Below, piece after piece: positions 53,473-64,000 of a stretch of 64,000 bases of DNA. The notes below the pieces were generated by a model. The model was not told the DNA's origin. It did no database searches and saw only the letters and a program-made list of their open reading frames with translations. The stretch is from Obrimoposthia wandeli (taxonomy: Eukaryota). Each line of letters starts with the position of its first letter. The stretch's first letter is position 1. Where the stretch lies: assembly GCA_977020255.1 (NCBI GenBank), contig CDROCS010000506.1, forward strand, positions 2,294,001 through 2,358,000, read 5' to 3'. A program made the translations under genes and the position numbers.

Positions 53473-55422
53473 ATGAAACTTTATATTGCCGAAAAACCCA
53501 GCCTTGGTCGTGCTATTGCCGACGTATTACCCAAACCTCACAAGAAACAGCAAGGTTATATTGAGGTTGGTAATGGCGATGTAGTGTCTTGGTGTATTGG
53601 TCATCTGCTCGAACAAGCTGAACCTGACGCTTATGATGATGCTTATAAAAAATGGCGTTTAGAACACCTACCTATCGTCCCTGAAACTTGGCAATTAAAG
53701 AAAAAACCGAATACCAGTAAACAGCTAACCGTATTAAGAGGGCTTGTTAAAAAAGCCACTAGTTTGGTGCATGCGGGTGATCCCGACAGAGAAGGGCAGT
53801 TACTGGTAGATGAAGTGATTGAGTTTTTGAAAACCCCAGCGAAAAAGAAAAATACTGCTCAACGCTTGTTGATTAGCGATATGAACCCAGCGGCGGTCAC
53901 CAAAGCCTTAAATAATCTGCAACCCAATAGTGATTACATTCCGTTGTCGGTATCCGCTTTAGCACGCTCGCGAGCCGATTGGCTCTATGGCATGAATATG
54001 ACTCGTGCTTATACCTTGCAAGGCCAAAAAGTGGGATACCAAGGCGTCTTGTCGGTCGGTCGAGTGCAGACGCCTATCTTAGGTTTAGTTGTTCGACGTG
54101 ATATCGAGATCGCCAATTTTGTCAGTAAGCCTTTTTATGAAGTATTGGCGCATCTACAAACCCAACAGCAAGAAACATTTACCGCTAAATGGAAACCGAG
54201 TGAAGCTTGTCGTCCATACATGGATGAAGATGGCCGCGTGTTAGTGAAAAAACTGGCTGAAAATGTGGTGAGTCGTGTCCAAGGGAAAATGGGCGAAGTG
54301 ACTAAGCTGGAAAAGAAAAATAAACAACAAGCAGCGCCATTACCGTATAACTTATCGTCATTACAAATTGACGGTGCTAAGCGTTTTGGCATGAGTGCAC
54401 AGCAAGTATTAGATACCTGCCAAGCGTTGTACGAGCGCCACAAACTGATTACTTACCCACGTTCTGACAGCCGCTATTTACCCAAAGAGCATTATGGCCA
54501 TCGTGGTAGTGTGATTAAGGCGATAGCCAATACTAGCAGCTCATTAAATCAAGCCGCTGTGAATGCCGATCAGAGTTTACGCAGCAAAGCGTGGAACGAT
54601 GGCAAGGTGGAAGCGCATCATGCCATTATTCCAACCGAAAAAAGTAGCAGCGTCGATCGACTTAACAGCAGCGAAAAAAATATTTATGAATTAGTCGCAA
54701 GACAATACTTGTGTCAGTTTTATCCGGCTTATGAATATGCCGATACAGTGGCTGAAATTACCATTGCTGGTGGACTGTTTATTGCCAAAGCAAAAATGAC
54801 CTTAAAGCAGGGCTGGAAAGTGCTGTTCCCTAAATCAGCCGCCAGTAATGCCAAGCAAACGGAAGCTGACAAAGAATTAGCAGCGCAACTCCCCACCATC
54901 AAAAAAGGGGAACAAGTACTATGTCAGCAGGCTGAATGTATTGAAAAGCAGACTCAACCGCCAAAACATTTCAGTGATGCGACTTTATTAGCAGCGATGA
55001 CGGGGATCTCGCGTTACGTCAAAGACAGTGAGATCCGTAAGATTTTAAAAGATACCGATGGTCTGGGTACTGAAGCTACGCGAGCGGGAATTATTGAGTT
55101 GTTATTCAGACGTAATTTCTTAGTGCGTAATAACAAACTGATTTTATCCACGGACGCAGGAAAAGGCTTAATTAATGCTTTGCCAGAGTCGGCAACATTG
55201 CCAGATATGACCGCGCAATGGGAGTCGGTACTTGATGGTATTAGTAAAAAAGAAGCGAGTTATCAGCATTTCATGGGCGGACTATTACAACAATTATCAG
55301 GCATGATTGAACAAGCGAAAGCGACATTGCCTGATGGTTTACGTGGCCTTTCTAGTGGTAAGCCTGCGGGTAGTCGGTTTAAGAAAAAACCAGCAGCAAA
55401 AAGGACTTATAAAAAATCATAA
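53473..55422 (+). CDS. topB: DNA topoisomerase III
   Basis: IAEKPS, DPDREGQLL, SVGRVQTP, ITYPRSD (catalytic Tyr), EAHHAIIPT, GLGTEATRA. Confidence 0.97.
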   Translation: MKLYIAEKPSLGRAIADVLPKPHKKQQGYIEVGNGDVVSWCIGHLLEQAEPDAYDDAYKKWRLEHLPIVPETWQLKKKPNTSKQLTVLRGLVKKATSLVHAGDPDREGQLLVDEVIEFLKTPAKKKNTAQRLLISDMNPAAVTKALNNLQPNSDYIPLSVSALARSRADWLYGMNMTRAYTLQGQKVGYQGVLSVGRVQTPILGLVVRRDIEIANFVSKPFYEVLAHLQTQQQETFTAKWKPSEACRPYMDEDGRVLVKKLAENVVSRVQGKMGEVTKLEKKNKQQAAPLPYNLSSLQIDGAKRFGMSAQQVLDTCQALYERHKLITYPRSDSRYLPKEHYGHRGSVIKAIANTSSSLNQAAVNADQSLRSKAWNDGKVEAHHAIIPTEKSSSVDRLNSSEKNIYELVARQYLCQFYPAYEYADTVAEITIAGGLFIAKAKMTLKQGWKVLFPKSAASNAKQTEADKELAAQLPTIKKGEQVLCQQAECIEKQTQPPKHFSDATLLAAMTGISRYVKDSEIRKILKDTDGLGTEATRAGIIELLFRRNFLVRNNKLILSTDAGKGLINALPESATLPDMTAQWESVLDGISKKEASYQHFMGGLLQQLSGMIEQAKATLPDGLRGLSSGKPAGSRFKKKPAAKRTYKKS

Positions 55423-55548
55423 GTAAAAATTTTGGTCTGCTGGCGCTTTTATATCAGATTGTGCTGATATTGTGATAATTCTGTGATGAACAATTTGTGG
55501 AAATAGACCATTATTAGCTTATGGAAAGTTAACCAAGCAGGTAACGGA

Positions 55549-56571
55549 ATGATAATTAAGTCTAAAAGCAAATCTCAAGCAAGTGAAAATGATGTTATTG
55601 CGGAACCGGTATATCAGCAACGTCGACAATTCCTCAAACAATTAGGTCTTGCTGGCGTAGGGCTGGCTGCTGCGAGCCCAGCACAAGCAAGCATCTTTGA
55701 TATATTTTCTGATGACAAGAGCAAGGCTGGTGGTCAGGCATTTGTACAATCACCGCTGACATTAACCGGCAGTAAAGATTACGCCAATGGTGAGATCTGG
55801 ACACCAGAGAAAAAAGTGCTCTCACATAATAACTTTTACGAGTTTGGTACGGCTAAAACCGACCCGCAAAAAAATGCACAGGATTTTAAAGTCGAACCTT
55901 GGACGTTAACCATCACAGGCGCGGTTGAAAAAGAAATTACCCTAGGTTATGACGATTTATTTAAAATCGCAGATTTAGAAGAGCGTATTTATCGTATGCG
56001 CTGCGTTGAAGCGTGGTCGATGGTGATCCCGTGGACAGGTTTTTCACTGGCTGAAATCATCAAAAAAGCCAATCCGACTTCAAAAGCCAAATATGTCGCG
56101 TTTGAAACCTTATACGATCCGAAACAAATGCCTGGGCAAGCCTCGTCTTATTTAGGCGGTAGTCTGGATTGGCCTTATGTGGAAGGTTTACGCATGGATG
56201 AAGCGATGCACCCGTTAACGATGTTGTCTGTTGGTACGTTTGGTAAAACCCTAGCGCCACAAAATGGTGCGCCAATTCGTTTGGTTGTGCCATGGAAATA
56301 TGGCTTCAAAGGCATTAAATCGATTGTTAAAATTCACTTATTAGAAAAAGAACCACCAACGACCTGGAATCGCCTTGCATCTCGTGAATACGGTTTTTAT
56401 GCCAATGTTAATCCAGCGGTAGATCACCCGCGTTGGAGTCAAGCGTCTGAACGCCGTATTGGTAATGGTAGTATTTTTTCATCGAAGCGTATTAAAACAT
56501 TACCGTTCAATGGCTATGCTGAAGAAGTGGCGAGTTTATACCAAGGAATGGATCTGAAGAGGTACATCTAA
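55549..56571 (+). CDS. msrP: Periplasmic methionine sulfoxide reductase catalytic subunit
   Basis: Tat motif [49 protein letters not shown]. Confidence 0.96.
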   Translation: MIIKSKSKSQASENDVIAEPVYQQRRQFLKQLGLAGVGLAAASPAQASIFDIFSDDKSKAGGQAFVQSPLTLTGSKDYANGEIWTPEKKVLSHNNFYEFGTAKTDPQKNAQDFKVEPWTLTITGAVEKEITLGYDDLFKIADLEERIYRMRCVEAWSMVIPWTGFSLAEIIKKANPTSKAKYVAFETLYDPKQMPGQASSYLGGSLDWPYVEGLRMDEAMHPLTMLSVGTFGKTLAPQNGAPIRLVVPWKYGFKGIKSIVKIHLLEKEPPTTWNRLASREYGFYANVNPAVDHPRWSQASERRIGNGSIFSSKRIKTLPFNGYAEEVASLYQGMDLKRYI

Positions 56572-56573
56572 TT

Positions 56574-57152
56574 ATGCCAGTGCTAACCTATAAAAGAATG
56601 CCTTACTTTAAGGCTTATATACATGTACTTGCGCTTATGCCGTTGGTATATCTTGGGTTGGCAATTGATGCTGATGCATTGGGTGGCGACCCAGTGCAAG
56701 CTGTGATCCATTTTTTAGGCAAAGGCGCGTTAAATTTATTAGTCTTAACATTAGTTATCTCGCCGTTAGCCAAGCGTTATAAAGAAGGTTTGTTGATCTC
56801 GGCACGTCGTCTTATTGGTTTATATTGCTTCTTCTATGCAAGTCTGCACTTAACTGCGTTTGCCTGGTTAGACTTAGGGTGGGATATCGCCTTACTGTTC
56901 CAAGAACTCGTAAAAAGGCCATATATTTGGCTTGGCATGATCGCATTTGTGATTTTACTTCTGCTAGCGTTAACGTCGCCGATTTATGTGCGTCGTAAAA
57001 TGCAGCGCAATTGGCAAAAATTACACAATTTTATTTATTTGGCTGCGCTGTTAACGCCACTACATTATTACCTTTCGGTGAAATCTGGCTGGATTGAACC
57101 GATGATATATGCCGCATTAATGATATTCCTGCTAAAACAGAGACGGAAATAA
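56574..57152 (+). CDS. msrQ: Heme-binding membrane subunit of MsrPQ
   Basis: RRLIGLYCFFYASLH, KRPYI, WQKLHNFIY, LHY. Confidence 0.94.
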   Translation: MPVLTYKRMPYFKAYIHVLALMPLVYLGLAIDADALGGDPVQAVIHFLGKGALNLLVLTLVISPLAKRYKEGLLISARRLIGLYCFFYASLHLTAFAWLDLGWDIALLFQELVKRPYIWLGMIAFVILLLLALTSPIYVRRKMQRNWQKLHNFIYLAALLTPLHYYLSVKSGWIEPMIYAALMIFLLKQRRK

Positions 57153-57231
57153 CGTTGCTAGCCTCAAAAAACGTTATTTTTATCTCATATTCACTATTAC
57201 TTTATAAATAAGTTAGTAAATAATATTTTCT

Positions 57232-57273
57232 TTGATCTGTTGCAATTTATCTTACTTGACCTTACTTTACACT
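57232..57273 (+). promoter_or_regulatory. Possible FNR-type site and -10 element of the torECA promoter
   Basis: TTGAT-CTGT-TGCAA (57232-57245; consensus TTGAT-N4-ATCAA, 2 mismatches) and TACACT (57268-57273); spacing fits a class II site near -41.5. Confidence 0.35.
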
Positions 57274-57319
57274 ATCCTAAACTCTAATCTAGAGATCATC
57301 ATTTCTGCAGGAATTTTAG

Positions 57320-57493
57320 ATGAAACAACAAACAAGTAATATAGAGACCGAGAAAGTTGAGAAAAAAGGTGAGTGGAAACTATTTGTTTTCCTAACTGTC
57401 TTCTTATTCCCTATTCTCGCAACTGTTAGTGTATTTGGTTATGGTTTTGTCATTTGGATGAGTCATATCCTTTTTGGCCTACCAACACATTAA
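57320..57493 (+). CDS. torE: TorE/NapE-family small membrane protein (57 aa, not in ORF track)
   Basis: Manual translation MKQQTSNIETEKVEKKGEWKLFVFLTVFLFPILATVSVFGYGFVIWMSHILFGLPTH; FxFL..FPIL...GYGF..WM...GLP pattern; directly upstream of torC. Confidence 0.9.
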   Translation: MKQQTSNIETEKVEKKGEWKLFVFLTVFLFPILATVSVFGYGFVIWMSHILFGLPTH

Positions 57494-57532
57494 TCAAATT
57501 ACTCAACTAATCATTATCTAGGTATTACTATA

Positions 57533-58726
57533 ATGAAAAAATTATTTTCTATGATCGCTCATTCTTGGAGCGTATTCAGTAAACCAAGTAAACATATCTC
57601 TTTAGGTATTATTACTTGTGGTGCTTTCCTTGCTGGTGTTATTTTTTGGGGTGGTTTCAATACTGCACTAGAAGCAACCAACACTGAAGCATTTTGTATT
57701 TCTTGTCATAGTATGAAAGAGAATAACTATCAAGAAATTCAAAGCACGATCCATTGGTCTAACCGTAGTGGTGTGCGTGCAACTTGCCCTGATTGCCATG
57801 TTCCACATCGCTGGCAGAATAAAATTGCTGCAAAAGCACGTGCGAGTAAAGACGTATTTGGTTGGTTACTTGGTACTGTCGATACCAAAGAAAAATTCGA
57901 AGACAAACGTTTGCACCTAGCGCAAAACGAATGGGCTCGTTTTAAAGCCAATGGCTCACTTGAATGTCGTAACTGTCATGACTATAAGAGCATGGACTTC
58001 ACCAAGATGTCTGAAAAAGCACAAGTGCAAATGCGTGGTGCTGCTGAACGAGATCAATCTTGCCTAGATTGCCACAAAGGTATTGCTCACCATTTACCAG
58101 AAATGGATACCACTGCAATCAGTGAACTAGGTAAAATGGCGAAAAACCTTGAAGGTCACTCATTTGAAATTGGTAAAGAGTACTACTCTCTTGTACAAAC
58201 GCCACTTTATAAAGATGATAAAGAAACTGAGTACCTAGGTGTATTAACACCAGCGACGAAGTTTAAAGTAATTGCAGAGTCTGGTAATCGTTTAGAAGTT
58301 GAATTAGTGACTTGGCATAAAGCCAAAGGTTATGGTCGCGTACTGTACTTTGATTTTGCTAAAAACATTGTTCAAGCAACATTATCAAAAGAAGCTTCTC
58401 AAGATGAATCACTATTCGTTCGTGGTGATAAACGAGAAGATGATTTAACTGGTCTACCTTGGGAACAAGTAACGTTCACGCTATGGGTTGATAAAAAAGG
58501 CTATGAAGAAAACCTACAAAATATTTGGGATTATGCGAAAGGCGCTTACCAAACAACATGTAGTGTTTGTCATACCCAACCAGCTGAAGCGCATTTTGAT
58601 GCAAATACTTGGGTTGGTATGTTTGCCGGCATGCAGGGTTTTGTAAACTTAGATGGTGATACACATGATGTTATCTTGAAGTATCTACAAAACCATTCAT
58701 CTGATTACAGCAAAGATGCTCACTAA
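57533..58726 (+). CDS. torC: Pentaheme c-type cytochrome TorC
   Basis: N-terminal TM, FWGGFN, five CxxCH motifs (CISCH, CPDCH, CRNCH, CLDCH, CSVCH). Confidence 0.95.
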   Translation: MKKLFSMIAHSWSVFSKPSKHISLGIITCGAFLAGVIFWGGFNTALEATNTEAFCISCHSMKENNYQEIQSTIHWSNRSGVRATCPDCHVPHRWQNKIAAKARASKDVFGWLLGTVDTKEKFEDKRLHLAQNEWARFKANGSLECRNCHDYKSMDFTKMSEKAQVQMRGAAERDQSCLDCHKGIAHHLPEMDTTAISELGKMAKNLEGHSFEIGKEYYSLVQTPLYKDDKETEYLGVLTPATKFKVIAESGNRLEVELVTWHKAKGYGRVLYFDFAKNIVQATLSKEASQDESLFVRGDKREDDLTGLPWEQVTFTLWVDKKGYEENLQNIWDYAKGAYQTTCSVCHTQPAEAHFDANTWVGMFAGMQGFVNLDGDTHDVILKYLQNHSSDYSKDAH

Positions 58727-58739
58727 TTCAAAGAGAAGT

Positions 58740-61253
58740 ATGACTATGTTTAATAGAGACAAAAAGTCTAATAGAGAAAATGTATCAGTAAGCCGTCGCT
58801 CCTTTCTAAAGGGTGTGATGGCGACATCTGCAGTTGCTGTGATTGGTCCTAGTTTATTGGTACCAAATACAGCAAGTGCGGCGACGATGACTGAGCGTGC
58901 TGAATGGAAACTAACTGGTTCGCACTGGGGTGCGTTCCGTGCCAAGATCCATGGCGGTAAAGTTACTGAAGTTAAAGCCTTTGAATTAGATAAATATCCA
59001 ACAGATATGCTGAAAGGCATTGAAGGCATTATCTATAGCCCATCTCGTGTACGTTACCCTATGGTACGTTTAGATTGGTATCTAAACCGTGAGAAGAGTG
59101 ACACAAAACAACGTGGTGATAACCGCTTTATTCGTGTTACTTGGGATCAAGCATTAGACATGTTCTATGAAGAGTTAGAACGTGTTCAGAATACCTATGG
59201 CCCATCTGGTCTACATACTGGTGCTAACGGTTGGCGTGCAACTGGTCAATTACACAGCTGTGGTAGCCACATGGCTCGTGCGATAGCAATGCATGGCGCG
59301 TCAGTAAAAGATGTAGGTGATTACTCAACTGGTGCAGGTCAAACAATTCTGCCTTACGTACTTGGTTCGACAGAAGTATATGCACCGGGCACATCATGGC
59401 CGTTAATCCTAGATAATAGTAAAACAATTATCTTATGGGCAACGGATCCAGTGAAAAACCTACAAGTAGGTTGGAACTGTGAAACGCATGATAGTTTTGA
59501 GTACTTAGAACAACTGAAAGACAAAGTTGCAGAGAAGAAAATTCGCGTGATCAGTGTTGATCCCGTGAAGAACAAAACGCAAAACTTCTTGGGCAATGAA
59601 CACCGATACATCAACCCACATACAGATGTACCTTTCATGCTTGCTGTAGCTCATACTATGGTAAAAGAAGATCTGCATGATAAGAAATTCATTGAGACTT
59701 ATGCACTTGGTTTCGATAAGTTCTTGCAGTATGTGCAAGGCGAAACTGAAGACAAAGTAGAGAAAACGCCGGAATGGGCGAGTGAAATCTGCGGTGTACC
59801 TGCTGATGAAATTCGTGATTTTGCCCGTTTAATTACCAATGGTCGTACCCAGCTATTATTTGGTTGGTCAATTCAACGTCAACAACATGGTGAACAACCA
59901 TATTGGATGGGTGCGGTACTAGCGACAATGATAGGTCAAATTGGTCTACCGGGTGGTGGTATTAGTTATGGTCATCACTATAGCTCGATTGGTGTACCTA
60001 GTTCAGGTGCTGTTGGCGCGGGTGCATTCCCACGTAACCCTGATTCAGGCAAGCCAATTCGCCATACAAGTACAGACTTTAAAGGCACAAGCTCAACAAT
60101 CCCTGTAGCGCGTTTTGTTGATGCACTACAAAACCCAGGTAAAGTGATTGATGCCAATGGCTCAAAAATTACTTTCCCTGATATTAAGATGATGGTATTC
60201 ACGGGTTGTAACCCTTGGCATCGTCATCAAGATCGTAACAACATGAAAGCAGCATTCCAAAAACTGGAAACTGTTATCGCGATTGATTATAACTGGACTG
60301 CAACGTGTCGTTTCTCTGATATCGTGCTACCTGCTTGTACTCAGTACGAACGTAACGATTTAGATATCTATGGTTCATACCGCGCGAAAGGTCTATTGGG
60401 TATGAAGAAGCTAGTTGACCCACTATTCCAATCTAAAACTGACTTTCAGATCTTTACTGAACTAACGAACCGTTGGGGCAAGAGTAAAGACTATACTCAA
60501 GGTAAGAGTGAAGTGCAGTGGTTAGAGCAGCTTTATAACGAATCTAAAGATGCCAATGCTGGTAAATGGGATATGCCTGATTTCCATGAATTCTGGAAAG
60601 AAGGTTACTTCCACTTCGGTGATGGTGAAAATTGGACTCGTCATGCTGATTTCCGTGAAGACCCTGAAGTTAACGCACTAGGTACGCCTTCTGGTTTCAT
60701 TGAGATCTATAGCCGTAAGATTGCCCGTTTTGGTTACGAGCACTGTAAAGGTCACCCAATGTGGTTCGAGAAAACAGAACGTTCACACGGTGGTCCAAAA
60801 TCAGATGAATTCCCAGTATGGATGCAATCTTGTCACCCGGACAAACGTCTGCATTCACAAATGTGTGAATCAGAGAAGTTCCGTGCTACTTACACCGTTC
60901 AAGGTCGTGAGCCTGTTTACATGAACTCTGCAGACGCCAAGAAACGTGGTATTAAAGATGGCGACATCGTCCGTGTATTCAATGACCGTGGTCAGCTATT
61001 AGCGGGAGCCGTAGTTGATGATAACTACCCTGTGAATGTGATTCGTCTTCAAGAAGGTGCTTGGTATGGTCCTGTAGATGAAACAATTGGTGCGTTAGAT
61101 ACTTATGGCGATCCAAATACTTTAACTATTGATATCGGTTCTTCTGAACTTGCGCAAGCAACGTCAGCGAATACATGTCAGGTTGAGTTTGAGAAATTCA
61201 AAGGCAAAGCACCAGCAGTTAATTCATTTGGTGGTCCAAAAGAAGTTGTTTAA
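58740..61253 (+). CDS. torA: Trimethylamine N-oxide reductase
   Basis: Tat [33 protein letters not shown] (Mo-ligating Ser); GANGW lacks the Tyr seen in DMSO reductases (TorA-type); HPDKRLHSQ; probable ATG 58740. Confidence 0.94.
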   Translation: MTMFNRDKKSNRENVSVSRRSFLKGVMATSAVAVIGPSLLVPNTASAATMTERAEWKLTGSHWGAFRAKIHGGKVTEVKAFELDKYPTDMLKGIEGIIYSPSRVRYPMVRLDWYLNREKSDTKQRGDNRFIRVTWDQALDMFYEELERVQNTYGPSGLHTGANGWRATGQLHSCGSHMARAIAMHGASVKDVGDYSTGAGQTILPYVLGSTEVYAPGTSWPLILDNSKTIILWATDPVKNLQVGWNCETHDSFEYLEQLKDKVAEKKIRVISVDPVKNKTQNFLGNEHRYINPHTDVPFMLAVAHTMVKEDLHDKKFIETYALGFDKFLQYVQGETEDKVEKTPEWASEICGVPADEIRDFARLITNGRTQLLFGWSIQRQQHGEQPYWMGAVLATMIGQIGLPGGGISYGHHYSSIGVPSSGAVGAGAFPRNPDSGKPIRHTSTDFKGTSSTIPVARFVDALQNPGKVIDANGSKITFPDIKMMVFTGCNPWHRHQDRNNMKAAFQKLETVIAIDYNWTATCRFSDIVLPACTQYERNDLDIYGSYRAKGLLGMKKLVDPLFQSKTDFQIFTELTNRWGKSKDYTQGKSEVQWLEQLYNESKDANAGKWDMPDFHEFWKEGYFHFGDGENWTRHADFREDPEVNALGTPSGFIEIYSRKIARFGYEHCKGHPMWFEKTERSHGGPKSDEFPVWMQSCHPDKRLHSQMCESEKFRATYTVQGREPVYMNSADAKKRGIKDGDIVRVFNDRGQLLAGAVVDDNYPVNVIRLQEGAWYGPVDETIGALDTYGDPNTLTIDIGSSELAQATSANTCQVEFEKFKGKAPAVNSFGGPKEVV

Positions 61254-61288
61254 TGATGTAACCCTACATTAATTAACACTTGTTGATT

Positions 61289-61344
61289 AAGCCTAATAAG
61301 CCGCATGTTGTGAAAGCAATATGCGATTATTAGGCTTTTTTTTT
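61289..61344 (+). terminator. Intrinsic terminator after torA
   Basis: AAGCCTAATAA ... TTATTAGGCTT plus long T-run. Confidence 0.85.
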
Positions 61345-61414
61345 GGCTTAAGCTTTCTTGCCTTAAAGACTGGTGTATCATGCCTGTCATATCTCTCCTT
61401 TATTAGTGAACCCC

Positions 61415-61951
61415 ATGGCTTTAACGGCAACGATTTTAAAAGCAAAAGTATCTATTGTTGATCTCGACAATCATGTTTACCTTAATGATATCCCACTGAC
61501 ACTTGCACAACACCCTTCAGAGAACGATAACCGTCTAATGCTACGTTTGTTAGCCTGGATGTTAAACGTGGATGCAGAGGCTCGCTTAAGCTTTACTAAA
61601 GGCCTAGGTGAAGATGAAGAACCGGATATTTGGTTTAAATCGGATATCGGTGTGATCGAGCAATGGATTGACTTAGGGCAGCCATCGGATAAACGTTTAA
61701 AGAAAGCAAGTAATCAAGCAGAGAAAGCGACAATCTATACGTATGGCGGTCGTAGTGCAGGGTTATGGTTTAAGAAGATTAAATACAGTGCTGATAACTT
61801 ATCGATTCAATATATTGATGATGAAACTGCCGAGCAAATGGAAAAGCTATATAGCCGTAACATGGAGCTACAATTGATGATCCAAGATGGCGATATTCAA
61901 GTTATGTCTGGTGATACGACTATCGCAATCAAGCCAGAAGTTTGGTGCTAA
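61415..61951 (+). CDS. yaeQ: YaeQ-family protein
   Basis: MALTATILKA, LAQHPSE..RLMLRLLAW, FTKGL...DEEPDIW, WIDLGQP; probable ATG 61415. Confidence 0.92.
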   Translation: MALTATILKAKVSIVDLDNHVYLNDIPLTLAQHPSENDNRLMLRLLAWMLNVDAEARLSFTKGLGEDEEPDIWFKSDIGVIEQWIDLGQPSDKRLKKASNQAEKATIYTYGGRSAGLWFKKIKYSADNLSIQYIDDETAEQMEKLYSRNMELQLMIQDGDIQVMSGDTTIAIKPEVWC

Positions 61952-61981
61952 GCAGTCGGTTTAATTAGATTAGTTAGAGCG

Positions 61982-62022
61982 AATGAGTAACGACGCCGTA
62001 AAATCAAGCTGCGTTACTCATT
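61982..62022. terminator. Hairpin between convergent yaeQ and DUF808 genes
   Basis: AATGAGTAACG ... CGTTACTCATT 11-bp inverted repeat. Confidence 0.65.
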
Positions 62023-62060
62023 ACTTATTGAGGTAATTATGACCTTAAATATTGCCCTAA

Positions 62061-62972
62061 TCAGGCTCTTAATTTTTGTACGCCACTGACAACCAATAAC
62101 ACAATAAAACCAGCCAACAATCCGACTAAGCCATCGATCACAATCGGTGCAACAGTGCTGACTACCACGTTATGTGCGAATGCTTCTGGTAACATCGCTA
62201 GTAGCGAATGAACCACATCGTGAGAGCCCGGAATACTGTGCAACACGATACTGCCACCGACTAAGAACATCGCAACCGTACCTATGACAGCTAATGAACG
62301 CATCAGTTTTGGTGCAAAAGTCAGTAAGCCATTACCTAAATAATGTTTCAGCGTTTTTACTCGGCTGTTATTCACGAGATATAAACCCACATCATCCATT
62401 TTGACGATACCTGCAACCAAGCCATAAACACCCACTGTCATGAGCACCGCGATCAAACTGACTACGGTTAGCTGGGTAGCTAATGATTCAATTTGTACTG
62501 TGCCTAAGGCGATCACGATAATTTCGGCGGATAAGATGAAATCGGTACGAATAGCGCCTTTGACTTTTTGATTCTCGAACTCTTCAACGGATAATCCAGC
62601 TAAAGCATCATCGTCAGTATTATCTTCATGCTCGGGTGCTGACTTCGCATGATGCAGCTTCTCGGCACCTTCAAAGCATAAAAATAAGCCACCGATAAGT
62701 AACAGAGGGGTAATTAACCAAGGGGCGATGGCGCTAATGAGGAGGGCTGCAGGTACTAAAATTGCTTTGTTCTTAAAAGAACCTTTGGCGACCTTCCAAA
62801 CAACGGGGAGTTCGCGGTCTGCACTGACGCCTGAGACTTGTTGGGCATTGAGCGCCAGATCATCACCTAACACGCCTGCGGTTTTCTTTGCGGCGACTTT
62901 TGTCATCAATGCGACATCATCTAATACAGATGCGATATCATCGAGTAGGGCGATTAAACTTAATCCTGCCAT
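62061..62972 (-). CDS. DUF808/YedI-family inner-membrane protein
   Basis: MAGLSLIALLDDIASVLDDVA, GVLGDDLALNAQQV, ELPVVWKVAKGS, GAIRTDFILSAEI; start 62972 after GGAGAG. Confidence 0.92.
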   Translation of the reverse strand: MAGLSLIALLDDIASVLDDVALMTKVAAKKTAGVLGDDLALNAQQVSGVSADRELPVVWKVAKGSFKNKAILVPAALLISAIAPWLITPLLLIGGLFLCFEGAEKLHHAKSAPEHEDNTDDDALAGLSVEEFENQKVKGAIRTDFILSAEIIVIALGTVQIESLATQLTVVSLIAVLMTVGVYGLVAGIVKMDDVGLYLVNNSRVKTLKHYLGNGLLTFAPKLMRSLAVIGTVAMFLVGGSIVLHSIPGSHDVVHSLLAMLPEAFAHNVVVSTVAPIVIDGLVGLLAGFIVLLVVSGVQKLRA

Positions 62973-63052
62973 GGTTGCTCTCCTGTGAGCCAAGTTATGT
63001 TATACGTTTCTTTATAAAACAGTATAAACAAAAAGATCCAACCAGCATAAAT

Positions 63053-63078
63053 AAAAAAACCTGCTCGGGAGCAGGTTT
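63053..63078 (-). terminator. Terminator of the DEAD-box helicase gene
   Basis: AAAAAAACCTGCTC-GG-GAGCAGGTTT on +, so the T-tail is on the minus strand. Confidence 0.85.
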
Positions 63079-63084
63079 GTAGGA

Positions 63085-64000
63085 TTAATCTTCTTCGTGA
63101 CCATCGTCGATGATTTCAGCTCTTGGCTTTCTCTTCATCGGAGCGAAACCACTATCAACAGCACTTGCCATTGAATCGCGCATTGATTGTTTCTTCTCTT
63201 GTTTCGGCGCTGTGTTCTGTTTGTGCGTAGGTGCATTTTTATCACCTTTACGTGCCAGCTTCGTTGGTCGACCTTGATTGCTAGCCGGTAAGCGTTTCTT
63301 CGCTGGTTTTGGTTTTAGGCCTTTAAACTTAGCTTCAAAACCTTCTAGCATAGTGCAAGGCAGTTTTACTTTTAAGTAGCTTTCGATCTTACCAAATGAA
63401 GTCCAATCTTTCGGGCTTACTAATGAGATAGCGATACCTGTTGCGCCAGCACGACCAGTACGACCAGTACGGTGAATAAAGTCTTCTGGATTAATCGGTA
63501 AATCAAAGTTGATCACATGGCTTAATGTACGGATATCAAGACCACGCGCGGCAACGTCTGTTGCAACTAATACTTCAACACGACCACGACGGAAATCTTC
63601 TAAAGTACGTTTACGTTGATTTTGTAACATGTCACCGTGAATTGAAGTGGCATTGATATCGTTATCAACTAATAATTTTGCTAGACGTTCAGTATCTGAT
63701 TTTGTTGCTGTGAAGATCAACAGTTGGCGATATTCTTCAGTTTTAGCAATGTGGACTAATTGTTCTTCTTTATGCGTTAAATTGTCAGAGAAATGCAGAC
63801 GCTGTTCAATCTTTTCATGTTGATCGTTTGAACGGTTAATCTCAATACGTTCTGGTGCGCGTAATACTTGATTACAAATATTAGCTACATCAACGTGCTC
63901 AAGTGTTGCCGAGAACAACATTGTTTGACGTTTTACGTTCGGCGCGCTGTTTGAAATTGCAGATACGTCATCACGGAAACCCATGTCTAACATACGGTCA
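63085..64000 (-). CDS. DEAD-box RNA helicase (SrmB/RhlE-like), 5' part outside window
   Basis: Frame open to the window edge (DRMLDMGF), LFSAT, VATDVAARGLD, HRTGRTGRAG, Lys-rich C-tail. Confidence 0.93.
   Translation of the reverse strand, partial: DRMLDMGFRDDVSAISNSAPNVKRQTMLFSATLEHVDVANICNQVLRAPERIEINRSNDQHEKIEQRLHFSDNLTHKEEQLVHIAKTEEYRQLLIFTATKSDTERLAKLLVDNDINATSIHGDMLQNQRKRTLEDFRRGRVEVLVATDVAARGLDIRTLSHVINFDLPINPEDFIHRTGRTGRAGATGIAISLVSPKDWTSFGKIESYLKVKLPCTMLEGFEAKFKGLKPKPAKKRLPASNQGRPTKLARKGDKNAPTHKQNTAPKQEKKQSMRDSMASAVDSGFAPMKRKPRAEIIDDGHEED

Noticed and set aside
16432-63082. Short ORFs (60-141 aa) overlapping long genes in other frames or antisense
   Set aside because: Shadow ORFs of recCBD, pel, tor and other genes, with no motifs or independent signals.
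1-64000. CRISPR arrays, IS elements, prophage or integron cassettes
   Set aside because: No regularly spaced repeats, transposase, integrase or phage genes seen; the only long repeats are the rrn operons.

Overview
Window from a marine Gammaproteobacterium; the 16S/5S sequence, recCBD without ptrA and torECA suggest a Moritella-like organism (inference, no search run). Bases 1-16.2 kb hold three tandem + strand rRNA operons: 16S(partial)-Ile-Ala-23S-5S-Asp, 16S-Glu-23S-5S, and 16S-(broken Glu)-23S-5S. The second has no promoter of its own that I can find, and several rRNA segments look like foreign or mixed consensus. Then come recCBD, a DAACS symporter, a stand-alone MiaA paralogue, asnC plus a trans-sulfuration enzyme, a DUF342/FapA-like gene, rplY, sirB2 plus a methyltransferase, a DsbD/ScsB-like gene, and ygbA-like, yeeZ-like and hypothetical genes. 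The most interesting block is 38-53.2 kb: a complete pelABCDEFG exopolysaccharide operon met tail-to-tail (6-nt overlap, no terminator) by a two-gene operon. That operon encodes an Agd3 (CE18)-like deacetylase with a DNRLRE-like domain inserted in its catalytic region, and an Ega3-like GH114 lipoprotein - the enzyme pair of the fungal galactosaminogalactan pathway attached to a bacterial Pel system. The window ends with topB (perfect LexA box), msrPQ, torECA (torE missed by the ORF track, no torD), yaeQ, a DUF808 gene and a truncated DEAD-box helicase.
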